From assembly GCA_046758365.1 (NCBI GenBank), contig JBHIAC010000002.1:3836-67835 (forward strand): a stretch of 64,000 nucleotides of DNA, read 5' to 3'. The translations under genes were made by a program, and so were the position numbers. The notes under the pieces are model-generated. The model did no database searches. It was not told the DNA's origin and saw only the letters and a list, made by a program, of their open reading frames with translations. Within the stretch, counting starts at the first letter, position 1. Each line of letters begins with the position of its first letter. This document shows positions 21,704 to 31,814 of the stretch, piece after piece. The DNA comes from a bacterium. Its GTDB lineage: Bacteria; Zhuqueibacterota; Zhuqueibacteria; Oceanimicrobiales; Oceanimicrobiaceae.

Positions 21704-22482
21704 ATTTTCCCTTTATGTTAAATGTTACTCTACGTTCTAGCATTGATGCGGGTTTCACTCCCCTAATGCTACAGAATAAATTAATTTTAGTTTTTGAAAA
21801 AAATGAAATTGAAAGGGAGGATAATTCGCTTAGAATTACTGAATTAATTCAGTGAGGATTACTTCACAAATTGTGGGTGTCAAAAAATTATTTTTGAGGA
21901 TCTTTTATAATGCAGTTTGCTTAATTTAACGATAAAAGCTTGTTGCTTTTTTAAAATTTTAACATTAAGCGAATTATCAACCCTCGTACTTTACAATTAC
22001 CGCTGGAAAATCAATTTGCATATGTAATCTCCTTCGGATTAGAACTTCATTAACTTGTTTTTTATTATTGCACTAAAAATAATAAAAAATTTTAAATAAG
22101 CAAGTCAAATTTTGAAGAAAATGAATTAATTTTTCAATTAAATGTCAAAAATACCAGTCAAAAAATTATAAATAATTAAAATTTATATAGAACGTAAAAA
22201 TAGATTTCTGTTTTGGTAAATATGTTGAGTTAATTAAACGCCACGATAATTAGTTAAATAGTCACTATCAATCTTCCGGTTGTATATTTAAGTATAACTT
22301 AATAACAATGATTCAATTGTATTAATTTAGAATCCCAAAAAATTTAAAGTGCATAATATAAATAAAGCTATATTGAGATAGATTTTTTAGTTGCATATTT
22401 TTTTATTTCTAATTAATTTAAAAGAATCCGGGCAACATTCTATAAAATTATTTTGAAAATTTGAATAATAGGTTAAAATATT

Positions 22483-23202
22483 ATGAATATTACTAATTCT
22501 GAAATCAACATAATTTCTTCTAAAGATCTAGATATAAGATTAAAAGCCTTTGAATTTGAAAAACATTTGAAAAAGTTTTTTACACTTCCTCAAATAATTC
22601 CAATGCCAGATGATTTTCATCCTGAAGCTCCGCGTATCATTTTTTCTACTCCCCATGGTCATTCAACCTTGACGATAAGTCAAGTAAATTTTAGTTTGAA
22701 AACAAGATATGATGGGGATTTTACAGAAAATTTAAATAAATGTATCGAATATCTAGATGAAAGAATTAATCTTGTTTTTTCTATGTTGAAAGAATCTCGC
22801 ATTACTCTCTATTATATTGGCGTAATTTTTAATTTTGAAATACCTTTTACGCAAAAAAATAATCCTGTTGTTGCCTTATCACAAAAGTTTCTTAATTATA
22901 AACTAAACTTCATCAATAGCCTATTTGATGTAAGCTTCAAATTCACAACTTGTTATGATAACACCTTTTATAAGAATTTAATATTTAAAAACTACAGACG
23001 GTATCAAAAGAAATCAATCCCAAAACCAAGCCCGGCATTTTTGGACTTAGAAGAAGAAGGTATTCAAGTTCAAGCAGATATTAATGATCGCTTTGCTTTT
23101 AATATAAACAAAGATTATGAAACTAATGAAGAGGTTCTTTCAAAAATTTATGATATATTAAAAAATGCATATGAAGAAATACCAAAAATGATGGAGAATT
23201 AA
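22483..23202 (+). CDS. Hypothetical protein, TIGR04255-like (gene 1 of AT-rich cassette)
   Basis: PRIIF, L.ISQ.NFSL...Y, YIGV.F, DIN motifs recalled for that family. Confidence 0.5.
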   Translation: MNITNSEINIISSKDLDIRLKAFEFEKHLKKFFTLPQIIPMPDDFHPEAPRIIFSTPHGHSTLTISQVNFSLKTRYDGDFTENLNKCIEYLDERINLVFSMLKESRITLYYIGVIFNFEIPFTQKNNPVVALSQKFLNYKLNFINSLFDVSFKFTTCYDNTFYKNLIFKNYRRYQKKSIPKPSPAFLDLEEEGIQVQADINDRFAFNINKDYETNEEVLSKIYDILKNAYEEIPKMMEN

Positions 23203-23487
23203 ATGTTAGATGTGTTAGGTGAAACAACTTCAACTTCAAACCTGTATGACAAACATTTCATCGTTTCTGCATTATCACAGCCTCCTTTTCTGTTACTAGA
23301 TTTGGATTATACTGACAAATCAATTGATTCATCAAAAATTTCTGATTCAGCATCTTTGGAATCAAATTTTGATAGTGAAAGGGAATCTAAATTAGAAATT
23401 CTCATGTCAATTTTTCCGGGTATAAGAGAAATGACGGAAAAAGAGGCTGAAGAGTATCAGGAATTTTTAGAAGCGTATTTTGACTGA
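23203..23487 (+). CDS. Small acidic hypothetical protein (gene 2, antitoxin-like)
   Basis: ATG directly follows the gene 1 stop; Ser/Asp/Glu rich; 3' end overlaps gene 3. Confidence 0.55.
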   Translation: MLDVLGETTSTSNLYDKHFIVSALSQPPFLLLDLDYTDKSIDSSKISDSASLESNFDSERESKLEILMSIFPGIREMTEKEAEEYQEFLEAYFD

Positions 23488-24040
23488 GCAAGGTATGTTG
23501 AAATCAATAGGGCGAATTATTGAAGAAATGATCCCTTCTGTTTCAGCAGAAACCCTTAAGGAATTCAAAAGAGATTTTCAAAGATTTAAATTCGACTCAA
23601 GCGCTTTTACTTCTATGCCAAAAGGCAATGTAATTTTTCAAGGTGATATAATTAAAGATATGCCTTTTACTTTTTATAATAAAGAGGGTGTTCAAAAAAA
23701 TAGAAATTCCTGTGGTATGATGTTATCACACACATGTGACATGGCAAATCTTAAGAAGAATGTAATATTTGCCTTTTGTATGCCTGCGTCCCATTATAAA
23801 TTATCCAATTTCGAAGATGCGAAAAATCAACGTATAACAAATTTGATGTTTTTACCTACTCAACCTATATTAGGTGATGATTTGTTAGTTGATTTTAATT
23901 TAGTCACCACTTATTCGAGTCAATTCGTAAATGGAATTATTAAAAATAATAATCACTTAGCAACATTAAAAGATTTAGGAAATTTTCTCTTCCTAATGAA
24001 ACTAACAATTCACTTTTTTCGTGTTGAATTCCCGCATTGA
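23480..24040 (+). CDS. Hypothetical protein with MazF/PemK-like pattern (gene 3)
   Basis: QGDII.D.PF, GMMLSHTCD, VIFA, LLVDFNLVTT, LATL. Confidence 0.55.
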   Translation: MTEQGMLKSIGRIIEEMIPSVSAETLKEFKRDFQRFKFDSSAFTSMPKGNVIFQGDIIKDMPFTFYNKEGVQKNRNSCGMMLSHTCDMANLKKNVIFAFCMPASHYKLSNFEDAKNQRITNLMFLPTQPILGDDLLVDFNLVTTYSSQFVNGIIKNNNHLATLKDLGNFLFLMKLTIHFFRVEFPH

Positions 24041-24043
24041 GCT

Positions 24044-27000
24044 TTAAACCTCATGCAAATATTTTTCCTTTTCCAGTGCTTTGCCATCAGGCTCGGGTGC
24101 GATCTCAAGTGCACGCCTTTCTCTGGTAATAATTCGACCTTTTTCATCCATGAAGCGTTTACCCATTATGGAGCGCTTGATATCTCCGAGAATAGCATAG
24201 AGACAGGGAACCAAAAAGAGGGTCAAAATCGTTCCCACTGAAAGGCCCCAAACCATAACATTAGCTAAAGGTCCCCAAACATCTGATTTACCGCCAATAC
24301 CGATGGCCATGGGAAGCAGGCCGAAAACTGTGGTGATGGTAGTCAAAAGGATAGGACGGAGGCGGAGTTTGCCAGCCATAAGAATCGAATGCCAGCGCCG
24401 TACCCTGCGTGCTCGAGCTTCGTTGATAAAACTAATGAATACCAACGCATCATTTACCGCCACACCTGCCAGGGCTACCAGACCGTAAAGATTGTTGATG
24501 TTGAACGGACTGCCAATAAAGAGCAGACCCATGGTGGCGCCCCAAAAGGCAAAGATGATAGCCATGAAAATAATGAGCGGCTGGAAAAAAGATTTGAACT
24601 GCCCACCTAAAATGATATACATCAGTATAAGTCCCACCAGAAAAAGCTGGCCGAGGTCGCTGAAGGCTTGTTTGAATTCTTCAAATTGGCCTCGGAAGAC
24701 TAAATCGTAACCGGAGTATCGTTTACTGATATCGAAAAATCTGCGTTGAAGCTCCTTATTAACTTTCAACGCCGTGGTTTTGGATTTGTCGATATCCGCT
24801 TTGACGGTTATGGCCCGTTTGAGTTCATCGTGTTTGATAGAAGTATAACCCTGTTTTGTATTTAGCCGCGCCACGTCTTTTAAAGTAACCAGATGACCGA
24901 AAGGGGTCGCAATTTTCATGTTTTCCAAATCGGAAATATTTTGACGGCTGTCTTCTTTGTATTTTACTACCACGTCGATTTCCTCATCGCCATCTCGAAA
25001 TTCCGTAGCTACGCCGCCATCAAAGGCATAGTGTACGGTGGAGGCGATTTGAGCTACATTCAAACCCACCAGAGCCGCTTTCTCCTCATCCACAACGATT
25101 TGCAGCTCCCTTTTGCCCGGCACAAAATCATCGCGGACATCGAATACACCAATCATGCTTTTCAGCTCATTTTTTATCAACTCAGCCACCTCTTCCAACT
25201 CATCAAGATAGTTGCCGCGGACTTTAACCTCCACAGGTGCCCCGGTGGGTGGGCCGTGATCAAATACTTTAAATTCAAGAGATTTGATACCAGCGATAGA
25301 ATTTATTTGTCCCCTTAAATCTGCAATGATGTCATCAATACTACGCTTGCGTTTTTCTTTGTTTGTCAATTCCACTATGAGCTGCCCGACCGACGGTTTG
25401 AAAAACCACTCATCCTCTCTTTGCTGCAATCCAGAATTAGCCACCACATTTACTAATTCTGTCTCGGATAACGCAGAGATTATTTTTTCAACTTTTTGAA
25501 TGACTTCATCAGTGATTTCTAATTTAGTTCCTTCAGGTAAATCAACAAATATGAACACTCGCGGAATTTCTTCACTGGCAAACATGTCAATGCCCACCAC
25601 CCAAATCAATGGAATACTGACTAAAATGATGAGGGTTGTAATGCCCAAAACCTGATAGCGGTATCGTAGAAACTTAACTAGATATTTTATATAGAGTCTT
25701 CTGAGCTTGTTAAATCTAATGAACCCTTCTCTAATATGGTTATGTTTACGGCTCCACTCGGCAATATGGGAAGGTAAGATGAAGAATGCTTCGAATAGCG
25801 AAGCCAACAGAGCTAATGTTACGACAATAGGGACAATTTTTAGAAATTGCCCGATAATTCCGCCCATGAGCATTAGAGGCAGGAAAGCGGCGATGGTGGT
25901 CAAAGAAGAGGAAATCACAGGCATAGCCACCTGCTTTGTCCCAATTATAACCGCCTCCTTGGGTGGGTGGCCTTCTTGCATGTGGCGGTAACAGTTTTCA
26001 ATGATGACAATAGCATCATCTACAATCATACCCAGAACCAGCACGAGGCCAAACAGAGCACTCCCACTTAAGCTGGTGCTGGTGTATTTCATAAACAGAA
26101 ATGTGAACATGAAGGTAACCGGGATGCCAATGGCCGCAAAAATAGCGTTTCTTAGCCCTAAAAAGAAATAAAGGCAGACCACCACTAAAATCATGCCAAG
26201 CCAAGCGTTGTTACGAAGGACGTTCAGGATTTCTTTGATGCGGATGGACGTGTCATTGATTACATTGATGGAAACATTCGCTGGCAAACCCCGAGTTTCC
26301 CATTGGGGCAGGCGTTCCCTGCGGTATTTTTCAACTAAATCTTTAATTTCATCAATAATTTTAATAGAATTGCCCTGCTTCTTTTTTGCCACTGTGAGCG
26401 TTACACTTGGTTCGCAATTAAAACGTGAAATGACTTCGGACTCCTCAAAGGTGTCGCGCACTTCGGCAATGTCTTCCACTCGCACATGGTGACCCATTGG
26501 ATTGGCACGTAAGATGATTTTCTTTACTTGTTCGATCTTATCAATTTCGCCAACCGTTCTCACGATATATTCCCAACGTCCCATTTTGATGTCGCCAGCC
26601 GACAGATCCAGATTTTTGCCGCGAATGGCCTCCATGACTTGCGAAAGAGCTAAGTCGTAGCTTTGCAATTTCTCGGGGTCTACCTCCACCCAGATTTCTC
26701 GATCCCGCACCCCTGCAATTAAACACTTGGAAACATTATTAATTTCTAAAATATCGTCTCGCAGATCCTCGGCAAGTTTTTTCATTTCTATTTCGGAGAT
26801 ATTTCCACTCAGCACCACATTCACCATAGGAATATGATCCTGAGTGGTGAACTCGGTTATAATCGGGTCTTCGGCCCCTTCCGGCAGCTCTACTTTTTCA
26901 ACTTCTGTGCGCACGTCCTGCAGTCGTTTATCAAGCTCATCATCGGACATAGTCTCAAATTTTATCCACACAAAGGAAGCATTTTCCCGTGAAATGGAGG

Positions 27001-27241
27001 TGATATTGTCAATGCCTTCTACATCCCTTACCTCTTTTTCAACTTCATTGGTAATCAATTTTTCAGTATCTTCTGGCGATAAACCCGGGGCAGGTGTCCA
27101 GACGAAAATCCACGGGAAAGAAACTTCTGGCATCATCTCCCGCGGCAGGGTAAACAACGAATAGCTGCCGAGTACAATCACAGCAATCATGATCATGTTC
27201 ACCAGAACGGGATTTTTAATGGAAAACTTTGCTATGGACAT
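24044..27241 (-). CDS. RND efflux permease (AcrB family)
   Basis: Start MSIAKFSIKNPV; GMIVDDAIVIIEN; RLRPILLTTITT. Confidence 0.95.
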   Translation of the reverse strand: MSIAKFSIKNPVLVNMIMIAVIVLGSYSLFTLPREMMPEVSFPWIFVWTPAPGLSPEDTEKLITNEVEKEVRDVEGIDNITSISRENASFVWIKFETMSDDELDKRLQDVRTEVEKVELPEGAEDPIITEFTTQDHIPMVNVVLSGNISEIEMKKLAEDLRDDILEINNVSKCLIAGVRDREIWVEVDPEKLQSYDLALSQVMEAIRGKNLDLSAGDIKMGRWEYIVRTVGEIDKIEQVKKIILRANPMGHHVRVEDIAEVRDTFEESEVISRFNCEPSVTLTVAKKKQGNSIKIIDEIKDLVEKYRRERLPQWETRGLPANVSINVINDTSIRIKEILNVLRNNAWLGMILVVVCLYFFLGLRNAIFAAIGIPVTFMFTFLFMKYTSTSLSGSALFGLVLVLGMIVDDAIVIIENCYRHMQEGHPPKEAVIIGTKQVAMPVISSSLTTIAAFLPLMLMGGIIGQFLKIVPIVVTLALLASLFEAFFILPSHIAEWSRKHNHIREGFIRFNKLRRLYIKYLVKFLRYRYQVLGITTLIILVSIPLIWVVGIDMFASEEIPRVFIFVDLPEGTKLEITDEVIQKVEKIISALSETELVNVVANSGLQQREDEWFFKPSVGQLIVELTNKEKRKRSIDDIIADLRGQINSIAGIKSLEFKVFDHGPPTGAPVEVKVRGNYLDELEEVAELIKNELKSMIGVFDVRDDFVPGKRELQIVVDEEKAALVGLNVAQIASTVHYAFDGGVATEFRDGDEEIDVVVKYKEDSRQNISDLENMKIATPFGHLVTLKDVARLNTKQGYTSIKHDELKRAITVKADIDKSKTTALKVNKELQRRFFDISKRYSGYDLVFRGQFEEFKQAFSDLGQLFLVGLILMYIILGGQFKSFFQPLIIFMAIIFAFWGATMGLLFIGSPFNINNLYGLVALAGVAVNDALVFISFINEARARRVRRWHSILMAGKLRLRPILLTTITTVFGLLPMAIGIGGKSDVWGPLANVMVWGLSVGTILTLFLVPCLYAILGDIKRSIMGKRFMDEKGRIITRERRALEIAPEPDGKALEKEKYLHEV

Positions 27242-27266
27242 CTGTCTTGCTTCTAAAATAATATTT

Positions 27267-27352
27267 TTTGGCACACGGATTTTCACGGATTAGTAAATGA
27301 TTAAAAGTTTAATCCGTGTTCATCCGTTCAATCTGCGTGCATTCGTGTGCTA
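27267..27352. repeat. Palindromic intergenic element (CACGGAT repeats)
   Basis: gcacacggattttcacggatt ... aatccgtgttcatccgtt...tcgtgtgc. Confidence 0.6.
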
Positions 27353-28510
27353 TAATTTTTTCTTTACAGTTACTTCAACACCATCAGTTAGATTTTCTTG
27401 TCCCAAAATGACCACATCATCTCCTGCTTCGGCTCCGTCTAAAAGGACGATTTTATTGCTGCTTTCCAGACCTAATTTCGGGATTCGCTTTTGAGCTTTG
27501 CCATTTTTTATCACAAAAATAATCGTTTGACCGGAACGTTCCAGTAAGGCGCTTTTTGGTAGCAACGGAACATTCTGAAGGATTTGCGTTGTTACTTCTA
27601 CTTTTGCAACCATGCCTGCTTTTAAGCGGTAGTCTGGATTTTTAACTAAAATTTCAACTGGAAACGCTCGGCTAGACAGGTCGGCCTGAGGGCCTACGGC
27701 GCTTACTGTTCCTTCAAATATTTCATTAGGAAAAGAATCTACAGTAATAGTTGCGGTCTGTCCTTTTCGAATTTTAACAATATCTTTTTCGGCAACGCCA
27801 AATTTGACTTTTATTTGACTGATATCTACCACTTTAGCAATGGGAGTGCCTGGTGCGACCGTGGTGCCTAATTCCACAATGCGTGCGGCCACAAAGCCAT
27901 TTACTGGACTTACGATGCGGGTGTCTTTAAGTTGTCGCTTAGCCATTTTCACGTTGGCTTGAGCTGTCAAATAAGCGGCCTCAGCGGATTCCTTTTGCAG
28001 CCGAGCATTCTCAAAAACGTACTCTGATATATCTCGGGTTTCGTACAACTTTTGGTTTCTTTCAAAGTCTCTCTTGGCTTTTTTGTAGGCGGCTTTTGCT
28101 TCAATTAATCGAGCTTCTGCCTGTTCCAGTGAAAGTTGCTTTAACTCCTGATCAATCTGAACTAAGGGTGTACCTTTTTTCACCTGTTCTCCCACTTCTA
28201 CGTAAACTTGGGTTATGGTTCCGGCTGTCTCCGAAGAAACCAGGACGTCGTGTAAAGGAACGATAGTGCCAGTTGCTCTAACTTTATCCGCCACCTTTCC
28301 AGTTTGGATTGCATAAGTTTCCACAGGTACGGCCTGAACGGAATCTACTTCAGTTCCATTATTCCCACCTTTAGATTGTTCGCCATCTCCGCAGGCTATC
28401 TGAAATAAAGTCAACGTTAAAATGAAATAAATTAAGAATAGAATCTCAAATTTTTGTTTATACATTTCATTCTCCAATTCAATATTTTGCTTATGTCCAG
28501 GCAGCGCCAA
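27350..28510 (-). CDS. RND periplasmic adaptor (membrane fusion protein); true start probably slightly downstream
   Basis: Lipobox QIAC; VEVGEQVKKG; IVSPVNG; LKAGM. Confidence 0.93.
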   Translation of the reverse strand: MALPGHKQNIELENEMYKQKFEILFLIYFILTLTLFQIACGDGEQSKGGNNGTEVDSVQAVPVETYAIQTGKVADKVRATGTIVPLHDVLVSSETAGTITQVYVEVGEQVKKGTPLVQIDQELKQLSLEQAEARLIEAKAAYKKAKRDFERNQKLYETRDISEYVFENARLQKESAEAAYLTAQANVKMAKRQLKDTRIVSPVNGFVAARIVELGTTVAPGTPIAKVVDISQIKVKFGVAEKDIVKIRKGQTATITVDSFPNEIFEGTVSAVGPQADLSSRAFPVEILVKNPDYRLKAGMVAKVEVTTQILQNVPLLPKSALLERSGQTIIFVIKNGKAQKRIPKLGLESSNKIVLLDGAEAGDDVVILGQENLTDGVEVTVKKKL

Positions 28511-28552
28511 TCAGAGAGCCTAAAACTTGGCCGAACAGTTCCATAAAAAACT

Positions 28553-29953
28553 TTATTCCATCAAAATACCCATAGCCCGGTCTAACTGAGCCTTAGCAAT
28601 CCAATAATTATAGCGGGTGTTAATGAGCTCAGCTTGAGCGCGTGTGTGCACCACCTGGGCATCCAGAACATCAATATTGGCTGCCAATCCGACTTCATAG
28701 GTATTATTAATGACACGAAGATTTTCTTCCGCTTGTTCCACAGCTTTCTTGGCAATATGAAATCTTTTTATGGCTGATTCAACGTTTAATCTTGCACGAA
28801 TCACTTCCAGAGTCAAGACACGATCAGAATCTTCTTTTAATTCTTCTAAGCGATTCAGTTCCGCTTTTGCTTCCTGCAAATTGGTAATGTTACTAAAGCT
28901 GTGAAATATTGGAATATTAACAGAGAGACTAGCGCTCCAAAAGGAAAAGCTGTCTAAAGCCAAAGTATTATTTTGTTCCCAACCTATTTGATAAACAAAA
29001 TTAATTTTTGGCTGAAAGGCCGAGCACGCTAGTCGAACACCTGCTCTTTGCGCATCAACTGAAGCCTCAACTGATTTTAGGCCGGGGTGCTGAGTTTTGG
29101 TTTGCTTTATTTGTTCATTCAAACTTTGAGTTAAAGGGACGGGATCAAAAGGCAACGGACTAATTGCTAAGTCATGTTCATAAGGAATTCCCATGACCTG
29201 CTTAAGAGCTGCAAAAGCAATTTCTAAGTTATTTTCCATTTCCACCAGACGGCCTTCATCATTAGCTTTTTGTACCGCCCAGCGCAGGACATCAGTTCTG
29301 CTGCGTAGCCCGACATCTAGCATTTTTTGGGAACTACTCAAATGTTCTTGCGAGGACTCTAAACTTTTCTGCGCCAATACCACTAACTCTTGGGCTTGAA
29401 GTATCTGTAAGTAGCGAGTTTTAACCTCTAAAATCACTTGTTGTTTGGTGTCTTCTAAGTAGTACTCACTGCCTGATTCCTGTGCCCGGGCAAGGCTCAC
29501 CGCCGCCCAGTTGGCCCCCCCATTGTAAATGGGTTGCACTACTTGAAAGGTTGTAGAAAAGTTATTATCATAAGCGCCTGGCCGAATATCATTTGGATCT
29601 CCCGTACCAAAAGTATCTACTAAAGCACGTCCTACATCTACAAATACATTTCCTCTACGTACTGTTCGAGGGTCTAATCTAGCATAATTGAATTGAAGAT
29701 CCGCTTTGGGGAATAAGTCTAATCGTGATTTCTTAACTTTGTAATTGGCGACCCGGAGTCCTTGTTGCGCGGCCTTCAAAGATGCATTATTTTGCAGAGC
29801 AATTTTAATGGCTTCGTTTAAAGAAATAAGCTTGCCATTTTTTTGTTTGGCGAATGATTTCACAGTCAAAGCAGGAACGTTTAAACCAGAAATTAATAAA
29901 CCAATAAATACCCAAATACCAAATACTCTTTTAATCTTGTACGAAACTACCAT
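28553..29953 (-). CDS. TolC-family outer-membrane efflux protein
   Basis: LNEAIKIALQNN, QPIYNGG, YEVGLAANIDVLDAQ, AQLDRAMG. Confidence 0.93.
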   Translation of the reverse strand: MVVSYKIKRVFGIWVFIGLLISGLNVPALTVKSFAKQKNGKLISLNEAIKIALQNNASLKAAQQGLRVANYKVKKSRLDLFPKADLQFNYARLDPRTVRRGNVFVDVGRALVDTFGTGDPNDIRPGAYDNNFSTTFQVVQPIYNGGANWAAVSLARAQESGSEYYLEDTKQQVILEVKTRYLQILQAQELVVLAQKSLESSQEHLSSSQKMLDVGLRSRTDVLRWAVQKANDEGRLVEMENNLEIAFAALKQVMGIPYEHDLAISPLPFDPVPLTQSLNEQIKQTKTQHPGLKSVEASVDAQRAGVRLACSAFQPKINFVYQIGWEQNNTLALDSFSFWSASLSVNIPIFHSFSNITNLQEAKAELNRLEELKEDSDRVLTLEVIRARLNVESAIKRFHIAKKAVEQAEENLRVINNTYEVGLAANIDVLDAQVVHTRAQAELINTRYNYWIAKAQLDRAMGILME

Positions 29954-29975
29954 TTATGAAATACCTCCTGAATCA

Positions 29976-30545
29976 TTATTTACTCACAAATTTATTCCCT
30001 TTAATAAAAAAGCGCCACTCCAAGTCTGAGGCTTTGGAAATCCCTATACGAGGGCTGGTGCTAATTTCAAAATTATTTGAATTTTGATAAAGCTCCAATT
30101 GAATGGTTTTACCAATCACTTCTCCATGGATCACAGGATCAAATCCGAATGCTTGAAAGAGTTTTCCCGGACCGTTGGCTAATCTAACTAAATTGTTTGT
30201 CTTGCGTCGCTGTTTCATGATATCGAGTCCAGATATTGGCTCTATTGCTCGGATCAGCACTGCCCCCGCGCCTTCTTTTTCTGTGGTGAAATTCAGACAG
30301 TGGTACATGCCGTAAATGAAAAAAATATAAATATGTCCATAGGTTTCCCGCAGCAAAGCACCTTTTTTAGGTTTGGTTACGGCATGGGAAGCGTCATCGT
30401 CCCGATACGCTTCAGTTTCCACGATAATACCTTCGCACCCCTGGTACGTCAATTTTGTGCCCAACAGATTCCGAGCAACTGTTAAGGTGTCTCTTGCGAA
30501 AAAGTCTTGGTTAATTTTATTGGACATACAAGTTATTGGATACAA
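29976..30545 (-). CDS. DNA-3-methyladenine glycosylase (MPG/AAG family)
   Basis: IVETEAY, IYGMYHCLN, AVLIRAIEP, NGPGKL, PRIGIS. Confidence 0.95.
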   Translation of the reverse strand: MYPITCMSNKINQDFFARDTLTVARNLLGTKLTYQGCEGIIVETEAYRDDDASHAVTKPKKGALLRETYGHIYIFFIYGMYHCLNFTTEKEGAGAVLIRAIEPISGLDIMKQRRKTNNLVRLANGPGKLFQAFGFDPVIHGEVIGKTIQLELYQNSNNFEISTSPRIGISKASDLEWRFFIKGNKFVSK

Positions 30546-30695
30546 GTTGTTTTAAAGTATAAATATAAAGAGAAGCATTTCGAATTTCAAGATAATTAAA
30601 TTACTATTAAAGAAAAACTTTGTACTTTATCTAAATTTTTTTAAATTTTAAGTAATAATTTTAGGACTCTTACAATATTAATTTTTTAATTTCTT

Positions 30696-31682
30696 ATGAA
30701 TATACAAACTATCCCAATAAAAGAAATCCAACTAGAGGGGCCCAATTTCGATGATTTCATTTTTACCTATCCGTTGAATTCAAGGGACTTGGTGGATTCC
30801 ATCAAAAAGGTTGGACTTCTGCATCCTGTCTGTTTGAGAACTTATATGGAGGGCTGGCAAATTGTTTATGGGGCAAAGAGAATTCTTGCTTGTAAAGAAT
30901 TGGGATGGCATGAAATTCCGGCTCAAATAGTATCCGTAGAAGAAGTTTCGGACATGCGGGCACTCGAAATGAGTTTGGCAGAAGACATCCTGCAGAGAGC
31001 GTTGAATCCCATTGAGAAGGCCATGGTGTTTTATAAATATCAGATTTTGGGAAATTGGCAAATCTCAAGATTAGTCAATGAACTGGCACCCCAATTGGGT
31101 CTACCCCAATCCGTTGAAATGGTGCAAAATTATATTTCTCTTTTAAAATTAGAAAAGGAAATCAAAATAGCCGTTGCTCATGGCAGCCTCACCCCGGCCC
31201 ACGCCTTTTTATTGCTACCATTAAAGCCAGCCGAAAGAATAACTATTTTTAAAGAAGTGTTTAAAAAGTGCAATCCAAATTTAAATGAAGGCCGTGAAGT
31301 GATAAATAATTTAATAGATTTAAAAGCCATATTTAAAGAAAGTATTGCTGAAATCTTATCAAATAAAACCATGGAAGATTTTTTAAATTCTCCAACAAAA
31401 AGCCCTCGTGAAAAATGTGGATTGTTAAGAATGGAACTTAAAAAACTACGGTACCCCCGGCTCAGTAATCTTGAAAGTAAATTCTATCAAGCCCTCAATA
31501 ATCTATCTCTAAAAAATAACATTCAGGTTCGCCCATCTCCTTATTTTGAAGAAAACCATCTCGATATTGCTTTTCGAATAAAAGACCCGGCCGATTTAAA
31601 ACAGACATTGGACAGTTTAACAGGAGCATCAAAAAATGGGGGAATAGATAAGCTTTTTGAAATTGTTAAAGGAGAGTTATGA
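30696..31682 (+). CDS. ParB/Srx N-terminal-domain protein with no adjacent parA
   Basis: LVDSIKKVGLLHPV, IVYGAKR, LNPIEKA. Confidence 0.8.
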   Translation: MNIQTIPIKEIQLEGPNFDDFIFTYPLNSRDLVDSIKKVGLLHPVCLRTYMEGWQIVYGAKRILACKELGWHEIPAQIVSVEEVSDMRALEMSLAEDILQRALNPIEKAMVFYKYQILGNWQISRLVNELAPQLGLPQSVEMVQNYISLLKLEKEIKIAVAHGSLTPAHAFLLLPLKPAERITIFKEVFKKCNPNLNEGREVINNLIDLKAIFKESIAEILSNKTMEDFLNSPTKSPREKCGLLRMELKKLRYPRLSNLESKFYQALNNLSLKNNIQVRPSPYFEENHLDIAFRIKDPADLKQTLDSLTGASKNGGIDKLFEIVKGEL

Positions 31683-31814
31683 GGTTTTTTCAATCACAAA
31701 TTCTCACCATTGAAAAAGCAATAATGCATCACCCTACCACAAAACTATCTTGGAAGAATTGCATGGTAATGGAATTCAGAGGAGTTTACTATTAATACTG
31801 TTAAATTATCCTTT

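Noticed and set aside
20937-21740. 267-aa plus-strand ORF and similar long antisense ORFs inside the RND genes
   Set aside because: Codon-mirror shadows of well-supported minus-strand membrane proteins
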